From Eledone cirrhosa (lineage: Eukaryota), in assembly GCA_964016885.1 (NCBI GenBank), contig OZ024740.1, positions 354,516,001 to 354,580,000 on the forward strand: DNA of 64,000 bases. The letters are read 5' to 3'. The notes under the pieces are model-generated. The model was given only the letters and a program-made list of their open reading frames with translations, was not told the DNA's origin and did no database searches. This document shows, in pieces, positions 1 to 10,906 of the stretch (the stretch's first letter is position 1; each line of letters starts with the position of its first letter). The position numbers were made by a program, and so were the translations under genes.

Positions 1-36
1 GTTCTTTCGTTGCACATCTGCAACATCATCAGTGGT
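1..36 (-). ncRNA. Hammerhead ribozyme motif in PLE pLTR, cut by the window edge
   Basis: Minus strand reads ACCA CTGATGA T GTTGCA-GATG-TGCAAC GAAA GAAC, giving the CUGANGA core, a 6-bp stem II and GAAA. Confidence 0.7.
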
Positions 37-1205
37 AGTATTATGTTCCTCCTGTTGTATTGTATATCTACGCCATCTTTATTTAATCTGTTTATATATT
101 TATTTATTTATTTTTGTCTTCTTCTCTGCGCATGCGTTTGCGTGTGTGTATAGTGTTTGGTGTGTATTTGCGTTTGGGTGACTGTGTTTTGGTTATTGTA
201 TTCTATCTTAGTTTACTAGTGTGTGCTTGTATGTGTTTGTGTATATATTTATTTATATTTCTCTTAGGTCAGTATTGTTTGTTTGGGTGTTGTTATTCCA
301 TTCATTTTTTCTGTTTAGCTTCTAAGTTCTATTTCACTTGCCTCTCTGATTTGCCTATCTGCTGGGTAATTTCTATGTTTAGATATTATTTTAATTTCTA
401 TGTTGTCTATGTTACCGTCATGTTGTTGTCTGGCGTGTTCGTATAGTACTGAACCGTTTTTTCATCCTTTTAGTTCGCCCCAGTGTTGGTCTATATTTTC
501 ACCTATGCTACGAGCTGTCTCACCTATGTATGTTGTTTCTGCAAGTACCCCCTGTACATCTTATGCTATAGACTACGTTTCTAGTTTTACAGTTTATTCG
601 GGGGTTTATTTTACATATAATACATTTCTTATTAGTACAGTGGGTTTACTTATGGTAGTTCCTGGCTTTTCTACCACCTTAATCTTTAAGTGGGTCTTTC
701 TCAGGGCCTTTCTACACTGGTTAGCTAATTTCCCTCCAGGGGTAGCGTCCAAGAACATGACATTCTGGTATCTCTGGTTGTCGTACCATGAGGTGGCTTT
801 CCCTGTCTTATGTTTAGTCCTATCTAAGCTATTCCATGATTTGCTCCTGTATAATGGGCAAATTCCTTTCATGTCCAGTTCTATGAGGGTCTTATACTTC
901 TCCGTGGCTCCTTCGTATACTCTGATTCTGTCTCTTTGGTTGTAGCCAGAGAACTGCATGCAGTTGATGAAGTGTTGGATGTGTCTTTCCATTTCTGTTG
1001 AGTCGCACATGCGGGACACGTTCTTCATCACTCGTACCATGTCTGCTATCAGAATATTAAACTTAGCACTACTGGACATTGTTGAGTTTTTGAGTATTTG
1101 GAGGCCATGGGTTTAGCGTAGTGTGAGTGGAGAATTTGGGCCCTCTCGTCTATAGTGTTAATCCAGAGTTCCGTGTCTAATACAGGTAGTCTTAAACTAC
1201 CTGTA
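1..1205 (-). mobile_element. Penelope-like element (GIY-YIG PLE), family P1 copy 1; 5'-truncated and decayed
   Basis: ORF 606-1079 encodes the PLE RT C-terminal region (SAMSSSAK...FSGY...CPLYR...[12 protein letters not shown]). It is followed by a frameshifted Cys-rich and GIY-YIG region. It is colinear with copy 17174-18384, and its 5' end abuts (TA)n. Confidence 0.85.
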
Positions 1206-1214
1206 TTAGACACG

Positions 1215-1227
1215 TGTATATATATAT

Positions 1228-1276
<49 letters not shown>
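1215..1276. repeat. (TA)n microsatellite
   Basis: Directly visible dinucleotide tract. Confidence 0.95.
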
Positions 1277-1278
<2 letters not shown>

Positions 1279-1447
1279 CTAGATGAAATGTAGTTTGGGT
1301 TTGTGTCAGGTAAAAGTACCACAGACGCTCTTTTCCTTGTACGACAACTACAGGAGAAGTACCTAGCTAAAAGTAAACCCCTATACTTAGCTTTTGTTGA
1401 CTTGAAGAAAGCCTTTGACAGAGTACCCCGCTCCATTATCTGGTGGG
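1279..1447 (+). mobile_element. RTE LINE internal fragment (RT)
   Basis: Translates [28 protein letters not shown]...[11 protein letters not shown] and matches the RT of the 41952-45621 copy. Confidence 0.9.
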
Positions 1448-1790
1448 TTATTATTTCTCTGAGGAACTGGAATCATATTATTCCAGTTCCTCAGAGAAAT
1501 AACAACCCAACCAGGAGCTGGACATATCGGAGTATTGACTGAGTAAAACACTTCAACAACATGTATAGCTGTCTCTACCACACCAATTCGGACTGCCTGA
1601 AGAGGTCACAGCCAATGATGGCTGTCACCGAAATATATATAGCAGTACATATTTAATAAACGAAGCCAAATTTTAAATATTTGACTTAATTATTTTACTC
1701 CAGAGTAACCAAACCAACCTGCGTACTTCGTTGAGTGCTCCAATTTGCATACTGAGGTGTCGGTAAACAACCAACATATACTCAATATAT
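1445..1790 (+). mobile_element. Solo pLTR of the Naiad-like PLE with a fold-back 5' end
   Basis: Reverse complement of about 13280-13600. It begins with an inverted repeat at 1445-1508 and contains a hammerhead and AATAAA. Confidence 0.8.
1592..1646 (+). ncRNA. Type I minimal hammerhead ribozyme
   Basis: ACTGC CTGAAGA GGTCACAGCCA-ATGA-TGGCTGTCACC GAAA TATATA TA GCAGT. Stem I is ACTGC/GCAGT, the core is intact, stem III is palindromic and the cleavage site is UA. Confidence 0.88.
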
Positions 1791-1798
1791 ATATACTC

Positions 1799-1829
<31 letters not shown>

Positions 1830-1845
1830 GTATATATATATATGT

Positions 1846-1980
1846 AAAGAGTGAGGACCCCAACGGCTGAGCTCCGGCCGTCGGGGTCTTGACTTTTTTT
1901 ATATTACCTACTCTACTACCCTAAGTATTGAGTACTCTGGTGCGTTATGGTCTACCTGGTATCTTACCATACCCTCTTTG
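1846..1980 (+). mobile_element. pLTR-like repeat family B with terminal hairpin
   Basis: Homologous in inverted orientation to 3326-3522 and 38797-38962. Hairpin at 1846-1897. Confidence 0.7.
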
Positions 1981-2124
1981 TTATATATATATATAGTGCT
2001 TATCAATGTGGCATGTGCACCATATGTATATATATGTGGTGCTTCTCCACCCAACCATGACAAATTAATATAATCTGAATAAATTTATTCCAAATTAGGG
2101 TTAGAGGTTAGAAAATATCACCTC

Positions 2125-2430
2125 TCAAATGTGATGACACAGGACCGCGATCTCTGGTGCTATGCAATAATACAGAAGACCCGCCTTTCCATATACTGTG
2201 GCTGAGGCATACATCTAGTATGCACCACCTTCCCTCCCATACAACCCAACCAGGAGCTGTAATCACCCCACCCCTAAATCTACTTCCCTAATTCCCCATG
2301 TATCTTCCCCACCCAAGTCCCCAATCTACACTATAGAGTGGTCATCTTAGTACCATGACAAAAAGTACCCAGCCCACACTGTAAAGTGGTCATGCATGTG
2401 ACAACAAAAAGTACCCAGTCCACACTATAA
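2125..2430 (+). mobile_element. RTE LINE 3' end remnant
   Basis: DRDLW...QKTR ORF end, followed by 3' UTR subrepeats of the type cacactgtaaagtgg. Confidence 0.75.
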
Positions 2431-2625
2431 ACGTAAAGGGCCGTAACTATACTGCAAAGCATGGCTTCCGACCCTCTACCAATACTGCCAAATAATTATA
2501 ATGAATAAATGCTTTATGTAAACACATCTTTCTTAATGTTATTCTTATAATATATATATATCTAAGGGCGGTGCCCCAGCATGGCCTCAGCCGGCTGGCT
2601 GAAACAGGTAAAAGAGTAAAATATA

Positions 2626-2810
2626 TATATTTATTATTAGTACAAAAGTTTCAGAAGAAACCATATAGCGTGAAAACAGAAATAATTCTACGCTTAAACA
2701 TTAGTCTGTACTAATAATAAATATTTGTTCTATGGGTTTATATATACTTTTATATATACAATCCTTATTGAGCCCACTTCGGATTTTGGTCTTTGTATTT
2801 ATTCTTACTA
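2626..2810 (+). mobile_element. pLTR-like repeat family A with degenerate hammerhead
   Basis: Homologous to 10409-10562, 16300-16373 and 37520-37660. The 5' end is an inverted copy of gtactaataataaatat. Confidence 0.6.
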
Positions 2811-3088
2811 CATATATATAGACCATGAAAAACATGTGCGGAGGTCGTGAGAGCAGACCTCAGATCGCTGAAACTCACCGAGGAGATGACGAAGGACCGT
2901 GACAAGTGGAGAGATGCTGTGCTGAATAGGACCCGTCCAACCCTTGCAAGCAGAGAAAAGCGGACGTAAAATGATGATGATGATATGTGTGTGTGTTAAG
3001 TATTCCTGTAGGAAAGGTAACGGAAAGAAGAGTGCTCTATGTATAGTACAGAGCTATTTAATTACATAATAAACAACACAATATAATT

Positions 3089-3153
3089 CCATTACCAAAG
3101 GTTTCAAGAAACTAGACGATCCTTACAGAAAAGTCCGGCCCGTTCATCAGATG
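3089..3153 (-). ncRNA. Hammerhead ribozyme motif, family C
   Basis: Minus strand reads CAT CTGATGA...(long stem II region)...GAAA CC-TTT-GG TA ATGG. Confidence 0.6.
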
Positions 3154-3161
3154 ATGAAAAA

Positions 3162-3210
<49 letters not shown>

Positions 3211-3241
3211 TAGAAAGTGAACAACACAAAATATAATTACT

Positions 3242-3303
3242 CCATTACCAAAGGTTTCTGGTTCAAAACGATAATAATATACGTCTGGATCAGTCGTCAG
3301 GCA
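3242..3303 (-). ncRNA. Hammerhead ribozyme motif, family C, second tandem copy with degenerate stem I
   Basis: Minus strand reads CTGACGA CTGATCCAGACG...CGTTTTGAACCA GAAA CCTTTGG TA ATGGA and shares its downstream sequence with the 3089-3153 copy. Confidence 0.5.
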
Positions 3304-3325
3304 GATGTTATCTATATATATATAA

Positions 3326-3522
3326 TGAAGAAAGTGTGGTAAGGGACCAGGTGGACCATAATGCACTAGAGTACTCGATACTTAGGGAAGTAGAGTGGCT
3401 AATAGGAAAAGAGTCAGGACTACGATGGCTGAGCTCCGGCCATTTCGACAGCTAGATCCGAATATTCAGATCTAGCTGTCGAAACGCCCGGGGCTCAGCC
3501 TTCAAGGTCCTAACTCTTTCCC
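3326..3522 (-). mobile_element. pLTR-like repeat family B with long terminal hairpin
   Basis: Inverted repeat at about 3406-3521 (gaaaagagtcagg...cctaactctttc). Homologous to 1846-1980. Confidence 0.7.
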
Positions 3523-3667
3523 CATATATATATATAAATGTATATATATATAGTTACAGTTTGTTTACAAAGCAAAGAAATTTAAGGTTGAAGGCATTTA
3601 CATTCTTTGGTTTGTAAACAAACTAACTATATACCAGCTCCAATGATCCTATCATTGGATTGAACTA

Positions 3668-3852
<185 letters not shown>

Positions 3853-3859
3853 CCTTTTT

Positions 3860-4785
3860 TTAAACGGATGACCTTGTCCTTGTAGGTGAATCCATAAAAG
3901 AACTAGAGAATAAGTTCCAAATATGGAAGCTGAATTTGGAATCAAAAGGTCTGAGAGTAAACTTATCCAAAACTGAAGTGGTAGTACATGGTAAAAAAGA
4001 TAGGACCCTGATTCACTCAGGGAAGTGGTCCTGCTCAATATGTAAAAAAGGAGTAGGCATAAACTGCATATGGTGTACATAATGTAAATCTTGGGTACAC
4101 AAGAGGTGTAGTGGGATAACATGTAGACTAACAGGAAGTGTTTAAAAGATACACAGGGTTAATCGATGGGATGAGCATCAATAATATAAAACTTTTTCAA
4201 TTACAGGAAGGATCCATAAAAGTGGTTGATAGCTTCTGCTATCTAGATAACCAAATTAACACCGAAGGAGAGTGCTCTGAAAGCATAATAGTTAGAATAA
4301 GGATAGGATGGAAGTAAAACTAATCTCACTGTTGTCAACTAAAGGTGTTTCCTTCTGTACAAAAGGACAACTTTATGATACCCGTATGCGAAGTGCGATG
4401 CAGCATGATTGTGAAACATGGGTAGTGACTGCAGAGGATGTGCATAAACTGGAGAGAAACAAGTAACCATGGTTCTTTGGATGTGCAATGTAAATGTGAG
4501 AGAAATGTAGAGCCTGGATGAACTGAGGAGGAAACTGGGTTTAAGAGGCATCAGAAGTGGTGTGCAAGAGAGAAGACTGCCTTGGTGTGGACATGTCATG
4601 TGCATGGATAATAATCGCTGGATGAAGAGTGCCAGGAAATCCCAGTGGAGGGTAGCCGCAATAGAGCTAAACCAAGAAAGACCTGGGCAGAGGTGGTGAC
4701 AGCTAATCTCAAATTGCTGACTCACGGGGGAGATGACAAAGAAACGTGCCATGGAAAGACAAATGTAAAAACGATGATGATGATA
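3860..4785 (+). mobile_element. Old decayed RTE LINE (RT 3' part with PHD remnant)
   Basis: Degenerate ADDL...ELE.KFQ.WK..LESKGL.VN, KWSC...HKRCSG, FCYL and RRL.WCGHV motifs, ending in a (TGA)n tail. Confidence 0.8.
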
Positions 4786-4859
4786 TATCATCAAAAAACC
4801 AAATTCTCGATTTGGGGTATATTTATACACACACACACACACATATATGTGTATGTATA

Positions 4860-5385
4860 AGATCAAGCTATCTGGCGTTACGCAGTGATACAGAAGACCT
4901 GCCTTCCCATGTGCACAAGTTGAAGCATACATCTAGTATGCACTTTCCTCTACCTCCTCCCTTCCATACACCCCCAACATTTTAACACTCCAGCCACGTC
5001 GCTACACTCCACCCTTCACCAGATATGTGCTTCATCCTAGGACTACTTCTCCAATCCCCACCCACCTCCCACAGTTCACACTGTAAACTGGTCGTGTTGG
5101 TGACACGATAACAAGCCCCCAGTACACACAGTAAAGTGATCGTGTAGGTGTCGCGACAAAAGGCGTGCAGCCCACGTTGTAAAGTGGTCGTTTTGATCAA
5201 CGATAAAAAGCCCCCAATACACCTTGTAAATGTGATTGGTGTTAGGAAGAGCATCCAGCTGTAGAAACAAAACCAGAATCAGTTCTGTATGAGCAAAACA
5301 CGGTCATCTGATCTGGCTTGTCTCACAACGGGACAACTCGTCTAACCCATGCTAGCGTGGAAAAATGGACGTTAAACGGCGATGT
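4860..5385 (+). mobile_element. RTE LINE 3' end
   Basis: WRYAVIQKT ORF end, 3' UTR subrepeats and the terminal aacccatgctagcgtggaaaaatggacgttaaac motif. Confidence 0.8.
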
Positions 5386-7389
5386 ATGTATATATACATA
5401 TGGGTGTATGTGTGTGTGTATATATTTATATATAGAGAGAGAGAGAGAGAGATAACTAGGGTAAAAGTGTCGAGTCAGTTTTCACTATTTCCTTCTTTAA
5501 TTTCTTTTCATCTATTAAAACGTAATGTGACAAATATAACGTCTTAAATTTCGTCATCTTCTTTATCTATCCATTATATATATATAAAGAATATATTCCG
5601 ATTATATAGCAATCTTCCTGTTTGTTGGATTGTGCATCATGTTGTTTTGTTGACATCGATTTCCATTGGCGAAGATTTTGTTAACAGACAATTGTAACTT
5701 CGTCTGCTTTGACAAGTCAAACTCGAGAAATAACAGTAACATATCACATCTCCATCGCAAAATTAATAAAGAAACCAGTGTAGATGGGTGATTAATCTAA
5801 AAAGATTTATGGCAATGAATGATCACTTAAAAATAATAATGGTTTAATGATAAAAGTTGTGCATAACTAGTATAGTGCCCTTGCCCACCTCCAGCTTTGT
5901 CTTCTCATAACTTTATAAATAATGTATAATTTTTAATGAAATTTTAGGGAGATACTTTTTAAAAATTTAGATTACGATTACATTGATGAAATTTAAATGA
6001 TATGTTTTATGACAATTTATAGTTGTAGAAATGGCATCAACATATCTATTATTGTTATTTATTATCAACTTGGGATTGGAAAGCATAGTGTCAAAAATTC
6101 TTGGGTTCACGTTTGGCCCACTTCAAACATAAACCGAAGGTATTCAATACTAAAAGCATTAACAAACAGAATAATACGATAATGAAAGTATTGTTTCCTT
6201 CATTTCCAAATAATGTATAAATATGTATATAAAAGCACCTATTACGAACTCAAGAGGAAAAATCGTAATAAACTTTCGTTTTTGAGAGTTATTGAATTGT
6301 AACTATGTCAAAAGTTGTTTGGCTAAACACAAAAGCAATTTTGTATAGTTCAGTGGCTAAATCTTTGTATATAACTGGAAATTATTTTATTAATTTTAAT
6401 GGAGTGTGATATAAAGTCGACCTTGTAGGGTAGAAACTAAAAATACAGTAAGACATGACACTTTGACGAATATTTTGTATAAGAGGTATAGTTGATTAAA
6501 AATAAACTTGTATATTACTGGTACTGGAAAAATAGTACCTACCGTCAATAACAGTGAGTTTTAGAATTTCATAAAGGCGTCTAGTTTATAAGAGATATGG
6601 CTGTGTGACGTTGATAACTTTCTAACGAGTATTGAAGATAGAAGTGAAATGAATGACCAAGTACTGATGAAACAAAAATAATAACAATAATAGTGATGAT
6701 AATAATAATTGTAATCATGAAGTTTTTTTTACCTGAAAATTGGTTATGTGAGCCGTATAAACGTATCCGATATACTACATAGATATAACACCGGCAGAGT
6801 GAAGTAAAGTTCCACTTTTTTACAGCCTCTGCCTTCTACCTTTACTGCTGTTATTTACAATTTCTACTGTTACTGCTACTTCCATTTAACTTACTCTTTC
6901 TTCTCCTTCTTTTTACTTTATTCTCTCGATCATTGCATGACTTGTTTCACGTGATCAAAACAAAGATTTCGGGTGTGAACGTGTCTTGTTATATAATCGA
7001 ACACCATTAAAATGGTCTCTTTTTTTTCAATACTATTAGTAATAGTCAAGTTCTAGTCTTCCCCAAATTGTCAAGTACTTTCTCCTCTCCCAAATTGCTG
7101 GCCTTGTGTCTGAATTAGAAATCATCACCATCATTATTATTATTAAGACTGAATGGTGTGCCGTTGTTGTTGTTTGGCCCCAAATCAGCTCTGATCTGGC
7201 GGACCTATTTATAATCAAAAGCACTCTAGTCGCGACCGTTCCGTATTTTTATGGATATGTAAGTCTACATTATTTCATATGCTGTTTCCTTATTTAAGGC
7301 GTCATGGTGTGATTTGTGACAGATTTCGATGCTATTTCTAGCAGGTCGAGACTCCTTAGTAGAAATAAAAGGTAAACGATCTTCTAACT

Positions 7390-7604
7390 CAGTGGAAGTA
7401 TTTCTGAATTGGGGGTGAGGGGCAAATTTGATCAATTTAGTTGTGATTAGTTTAACTGTTATTATCAAATATCAACCAAGATATAAAAAAAACTTCGATA
7501 TGCGATAAACATAACGTACATAGATTGTAACGCATATACAAATAGATGTGTTTTGGTAGTTTGGGGAGAAAAAATATCCCCCTCCCCCAGTTCCACCGCC
7601 CCTG
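7390..7604. mobile_element. MITE with hAT-like termini, copy 1
   Basis: Homologous to 9669-9916. The right end cccccagttccaccgcccctg matches a CAGGGG-type TIR. Confidence 0.6.
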
Positions 7605-7844
7605 TAACTAGCCGACAACTTCCCTCCGCTTTCATTGATAACTCACTTCACTTATATCTTTAATGAAAGTTATGCAGATTTAATTTTAGATGGCTTGAAA
7701 TTACAAACACAAATGCCATAGCTATGAAAATTTAACAGATATATCTTTATTACTTAATTACATACATATTTCACATGAAAATAAAAATAAAAACAAAAGG
7801 AAATATTAAGTCAACTCAGAGTGTGTCAATCGATCACACACCAC

Positions 7845-8395
7845 AACAGGTGCCGAAGCCTGCCTCTATTATTTTTAGAGGTAAGCCAACACACTGGCAG
7901 CGTTACCGTGGGTGGTAGCGAGGCCAAGGCGCTGGAACATCCAAGCACCCTCACGGAACTATAAGGGAAATCTTTCCAGTCTGAGGCGTTCGAGACGTTT
8001 GGTGTTGTTGGGCCACTGACAACGAAGTTTTTGTCATCGTTGACGGCTCGCCTTACTGAAGTGTTAGGTGATGCCTGTGAGGGTGCCTGGTTATTTCAGC
8101 GCTTTAGTCTCACCATCACCTCTGGTAATGCTGCGAGCGTATTGACTTGCCTCGAAATATTCCGTTGACCCTTGTGATGTGCGGCCGCTTGTAGCACTTG
8201 GTGGTGAATTGAGGGTCGTTTTTGTTTTTGTTTCTTTTTTTCTCTCGCTCTGGTCATATATTTTGGTGCGTTATATTTGTGCGGTTCCTGACAATAGTTA
8301 ATTGTATTTGTTATGTGTGTTTATATTTTCATTTTGAAAGAATTGGGAGCAATTTGTAATGTTATTTATGCAACTGTGAATAAAGTAATTTTTTA
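7845..8395 (+). mobile_element. CRE-clade non-LTR element, 3' fragment (RLE C-terminus and UTR)
   Basis: Translates FETFGVVGP...EGAWLFQRFSLTITSGNAASVL, the same motif as 46453-47007. AATAAA near 8379. Confidence 0.7.
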
Positions 8396-9038
8396 ACATC
8401 AACATGTATCTTTTGTCAAATACAAGTTTATTAACAAGTTTATTTTGTTAGTTTATTAATCCATCTTTTTCTGGTGACCTAGTATTTAGTGGTGGTTGTT
8501 TATTTATTTATTTGTTTGTTCTTATAAAATGTATAAGAACTGTCACTGAAATAGGCGTTGCATTAGCAAAATAGTTTAAGAGTCGAAGTAGTTGTTAAAC
8601 ACCAGGTCAGCCCTGATTGGGCACACTTATGGTTAAAGGCACTCCGTGTGTGACCATACCGCCTCTTTCCGATGTTCAAGAAACCCAGAACTACATTACC
8701 CTACGTGTCCTTTTCTAAAACTGTAGGGGTGTAGTTCGAGGAAAATCTTGCTGCTATTTCTTTTGTGATATTTAGTAACATGATTTGTTTTGACTCTTTA
8801 CATTCAGAGTTCATATCCCACCGAGGTCAACTTTACATTTCATTCTTCTGTAAGGCAATAAAATAAGATAGCTGATAAGTATTAAAGTCGATTTATATTC
8901 CTGTAATACATCCTAGATGTAAAAGGAATTATAATAGATGACTAAGAAGTACCTCGATTTTAGATGGATTATTATAATATTATGATCAACATGTATGTAT
9001 GTATGTATGTATGTATGTATGTATGTATGTATGTATGT

Positions 9039-9647
9039 CAGGTCACCAGTTGGTGCTACTGGTAACATGTATCAAAGTACAACCTGTCTCATGGTCGGGT
9101 CGTTGGCGACTAAACTGGCAACTCCACCAAGGTTTCTTGGTGAGGAGGGTGACTTTGGATATCCTGCAGGACTAAAAACAAAACCTGTCAAAGGGCAAAG
9201 GAGCTCGTAAGAGTCAATGGCCATCCAAAATCACCAGGAGAGATGACCCCTTAGCCTTTGTCAAGGCAGAATTCTAGGAGAAGGAAAACTCTGATATAAC
9301 ACCTGCAACCCTGATGGTCTCCAATGATGTTGACTTGTTCTTCTTTTTGGTAAATATCATCTTGGTTAAGAGAGTGGGACTGGCTTTGTGCAGTGTCTTT
9401 GCTCATTATAAAAGCTTCACAGCACAGGCATTGCTTTATATCTGGAGATCTCTCTGCACTTGTCCTCACATGGTACCATGGGCCCAGCACTATGTGTCAA
9501 TAATTGTCACAAGTGTAGTGTTTGTACCAGAGTTTTCAAGTCGCTGGCTGGACTAAAAAGTCACACTCGTTCAGCGCATCGGTAGGGGTTCTCCTACATG
9601 GATATAAAGGAGTGGCCGTACTCGAAAAACGAGTTGGCAGCCACCAT
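9039..9647 (+). mobile_element. Bipartite non-autonomous RTE-type element
   Basis: Near-identical inverted copy at 18911-19457. The 3' part encodes CSVCTRVFKSLAGLKSHTRSAHR* (C2H2 finger) and has a short hairpin UTR. Flanked by (TATG)n. Confidence 0.7.
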
Positions 9648-9668
9648 GTATGTATGTGTGCATGCATG

Positions 9669-9916
9669 CAGGAGTGGTAGAAGCATTTCTGGATTGGGTG
9701 GGAAGGCAAAGTTGGTCAATTTAGTTGTAACAGTTAGTTTAGCTGTTATCAAACATCAACCAGGATATAAACAACTTCGATGTGCGATAAACATAACATG
9801 TACATAAATTGTAGCGCATATACAAATAGATGTGTTTTGGTAGTTTGGCGAGAAAAATATAATTATTGGGAAAAAGCATGCCCCCCCCCCCCCCCCCCCC
9901 AGTTCCACTGACCCTG
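9669..9916. mobile_element. MITE with hAT-like termini, copy 2
   Basis: CAGG...CCCTG termini and homology to 7390-7604. Confidence 0.6.
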
Positions 9917-10408
9917 GTATGTATGTATGTATATATGTATGTATGTATGTATGTGGTTGCAAATTGGAATAAAATATATTAATTAAAATACTTGTTTCTG
10001 GAACTCGAACGTGGTAAATGTTATGAATGGATACCATCATACGTGAAATGAATTACAGCGAAATCTATTTTTACATATAAATTCGTGTATGTACGAATTG
10101 AATAAGTCTCTAGATGTAACGTGTTGTATCTTGAGATTTTCCTTTCCCCTTAGTGGTGTATTCTCAATATTGTGTATGTATGTGTGCTGTGGGATGGGGG
10201 GTGAGAGTCTACAAAGTGCTGCTGAGAATAATGCGCCTGGACGTCAAAATCACCTGCAATTTAATTCGGATTGCCGTATTCCATCAACCATCCGACAGAA
10301 TCCACTGCTAAATATTTCAAAATCAACAATAAGATGAACTTAAATAAACTTTCATTTATATTTCATTATTGGTCATTTCCAACTTTCGTCTTCACTCATG
10401 CCATATAT

Positions 10409-10453
10409 CAGAAGATCCCGTTAAGGGTGAAAGCAGCGATTCTTTGCTTAAAC
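10409..10453 (+). ncRNA. Hammerhead-like motif, family A (CAGAAGA core variant)
   Basis: CAGAAGA T CCC-GTTAA-GGG T GAAA GCA-GCGATTCTT-TGC TT AAAC. The 5' strand of stem I is missing in this copy. Confidence 0.55.
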
Positions 10454-10564
10454 TTTAATCTGTTATTTTAATAAATATTTGCTCTACGGTTCTTATATAT
10501 TTGATATATATTTATCCTTATCGAGCCCTCTTTGGATTTTAGTCTTCGAATTTATTATTATTAC

Positions 10565-10597
<33 letters not shown>

Positions 10598-10622
10598 ATT
10601 ATATTCCTTTGTTATATTTCGA

Positions 10623-10680
10623 ATACCTGATGATGTCACCAGATTCATACTGAACCTGGTCATTGAAATGATCATAGTAT
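10623..10680 (+). ncRNA. Type I minimal hammerhead ribozyme
   Basis: ATAC CTGATGA TGTCACCAGATTCATACTGAACCTGGTCATT GAAA TGATCA TA GTAT, followed immediately by AATAAA. Stem III (TGATCA) is palindromic. Confidence 0.82.
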
Positions 10681-10762
10681 AATAAACCTTTTAAGGAATT
10701 ACACCAGTCCAGCCTCCTGTTATTTTATAATATATATATATATATATATGTATGTTTGTATG

Positions 10763-10843
<81 letters not shown>

Positions 10844-10855
10844 TTAATATAGATG

Positions 10856-10906
10856 AGATTCTACAGGACTAGAACTGTTTCATTCTCTAGAAATCATCAG
10901 GAATCT
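10856..10906 (-). ncRNA. Type I hammerhead ribozyme
   Basis: Minus strand reads AGATTC CTGATGA TTTCTAGAGAAT GAAA CAG-TTCTAGTC-CTG TA GAATCT, with a 6-bp stem I. Confidence 0.8.

Noticed and set aside
2095-2111. Telomere-like TTAGGGTTAGAGGTTAG
   Set aside because: Fewer than three imperfect units, which is compatible with chance.
9039-9230. HDV-like or twister ribozyme in the RTE-type 5' region
   Set aside because: Hairpins are present, but I could not build the nested double pseudoknot or twister core consistently in both this copy and 48200-48391.
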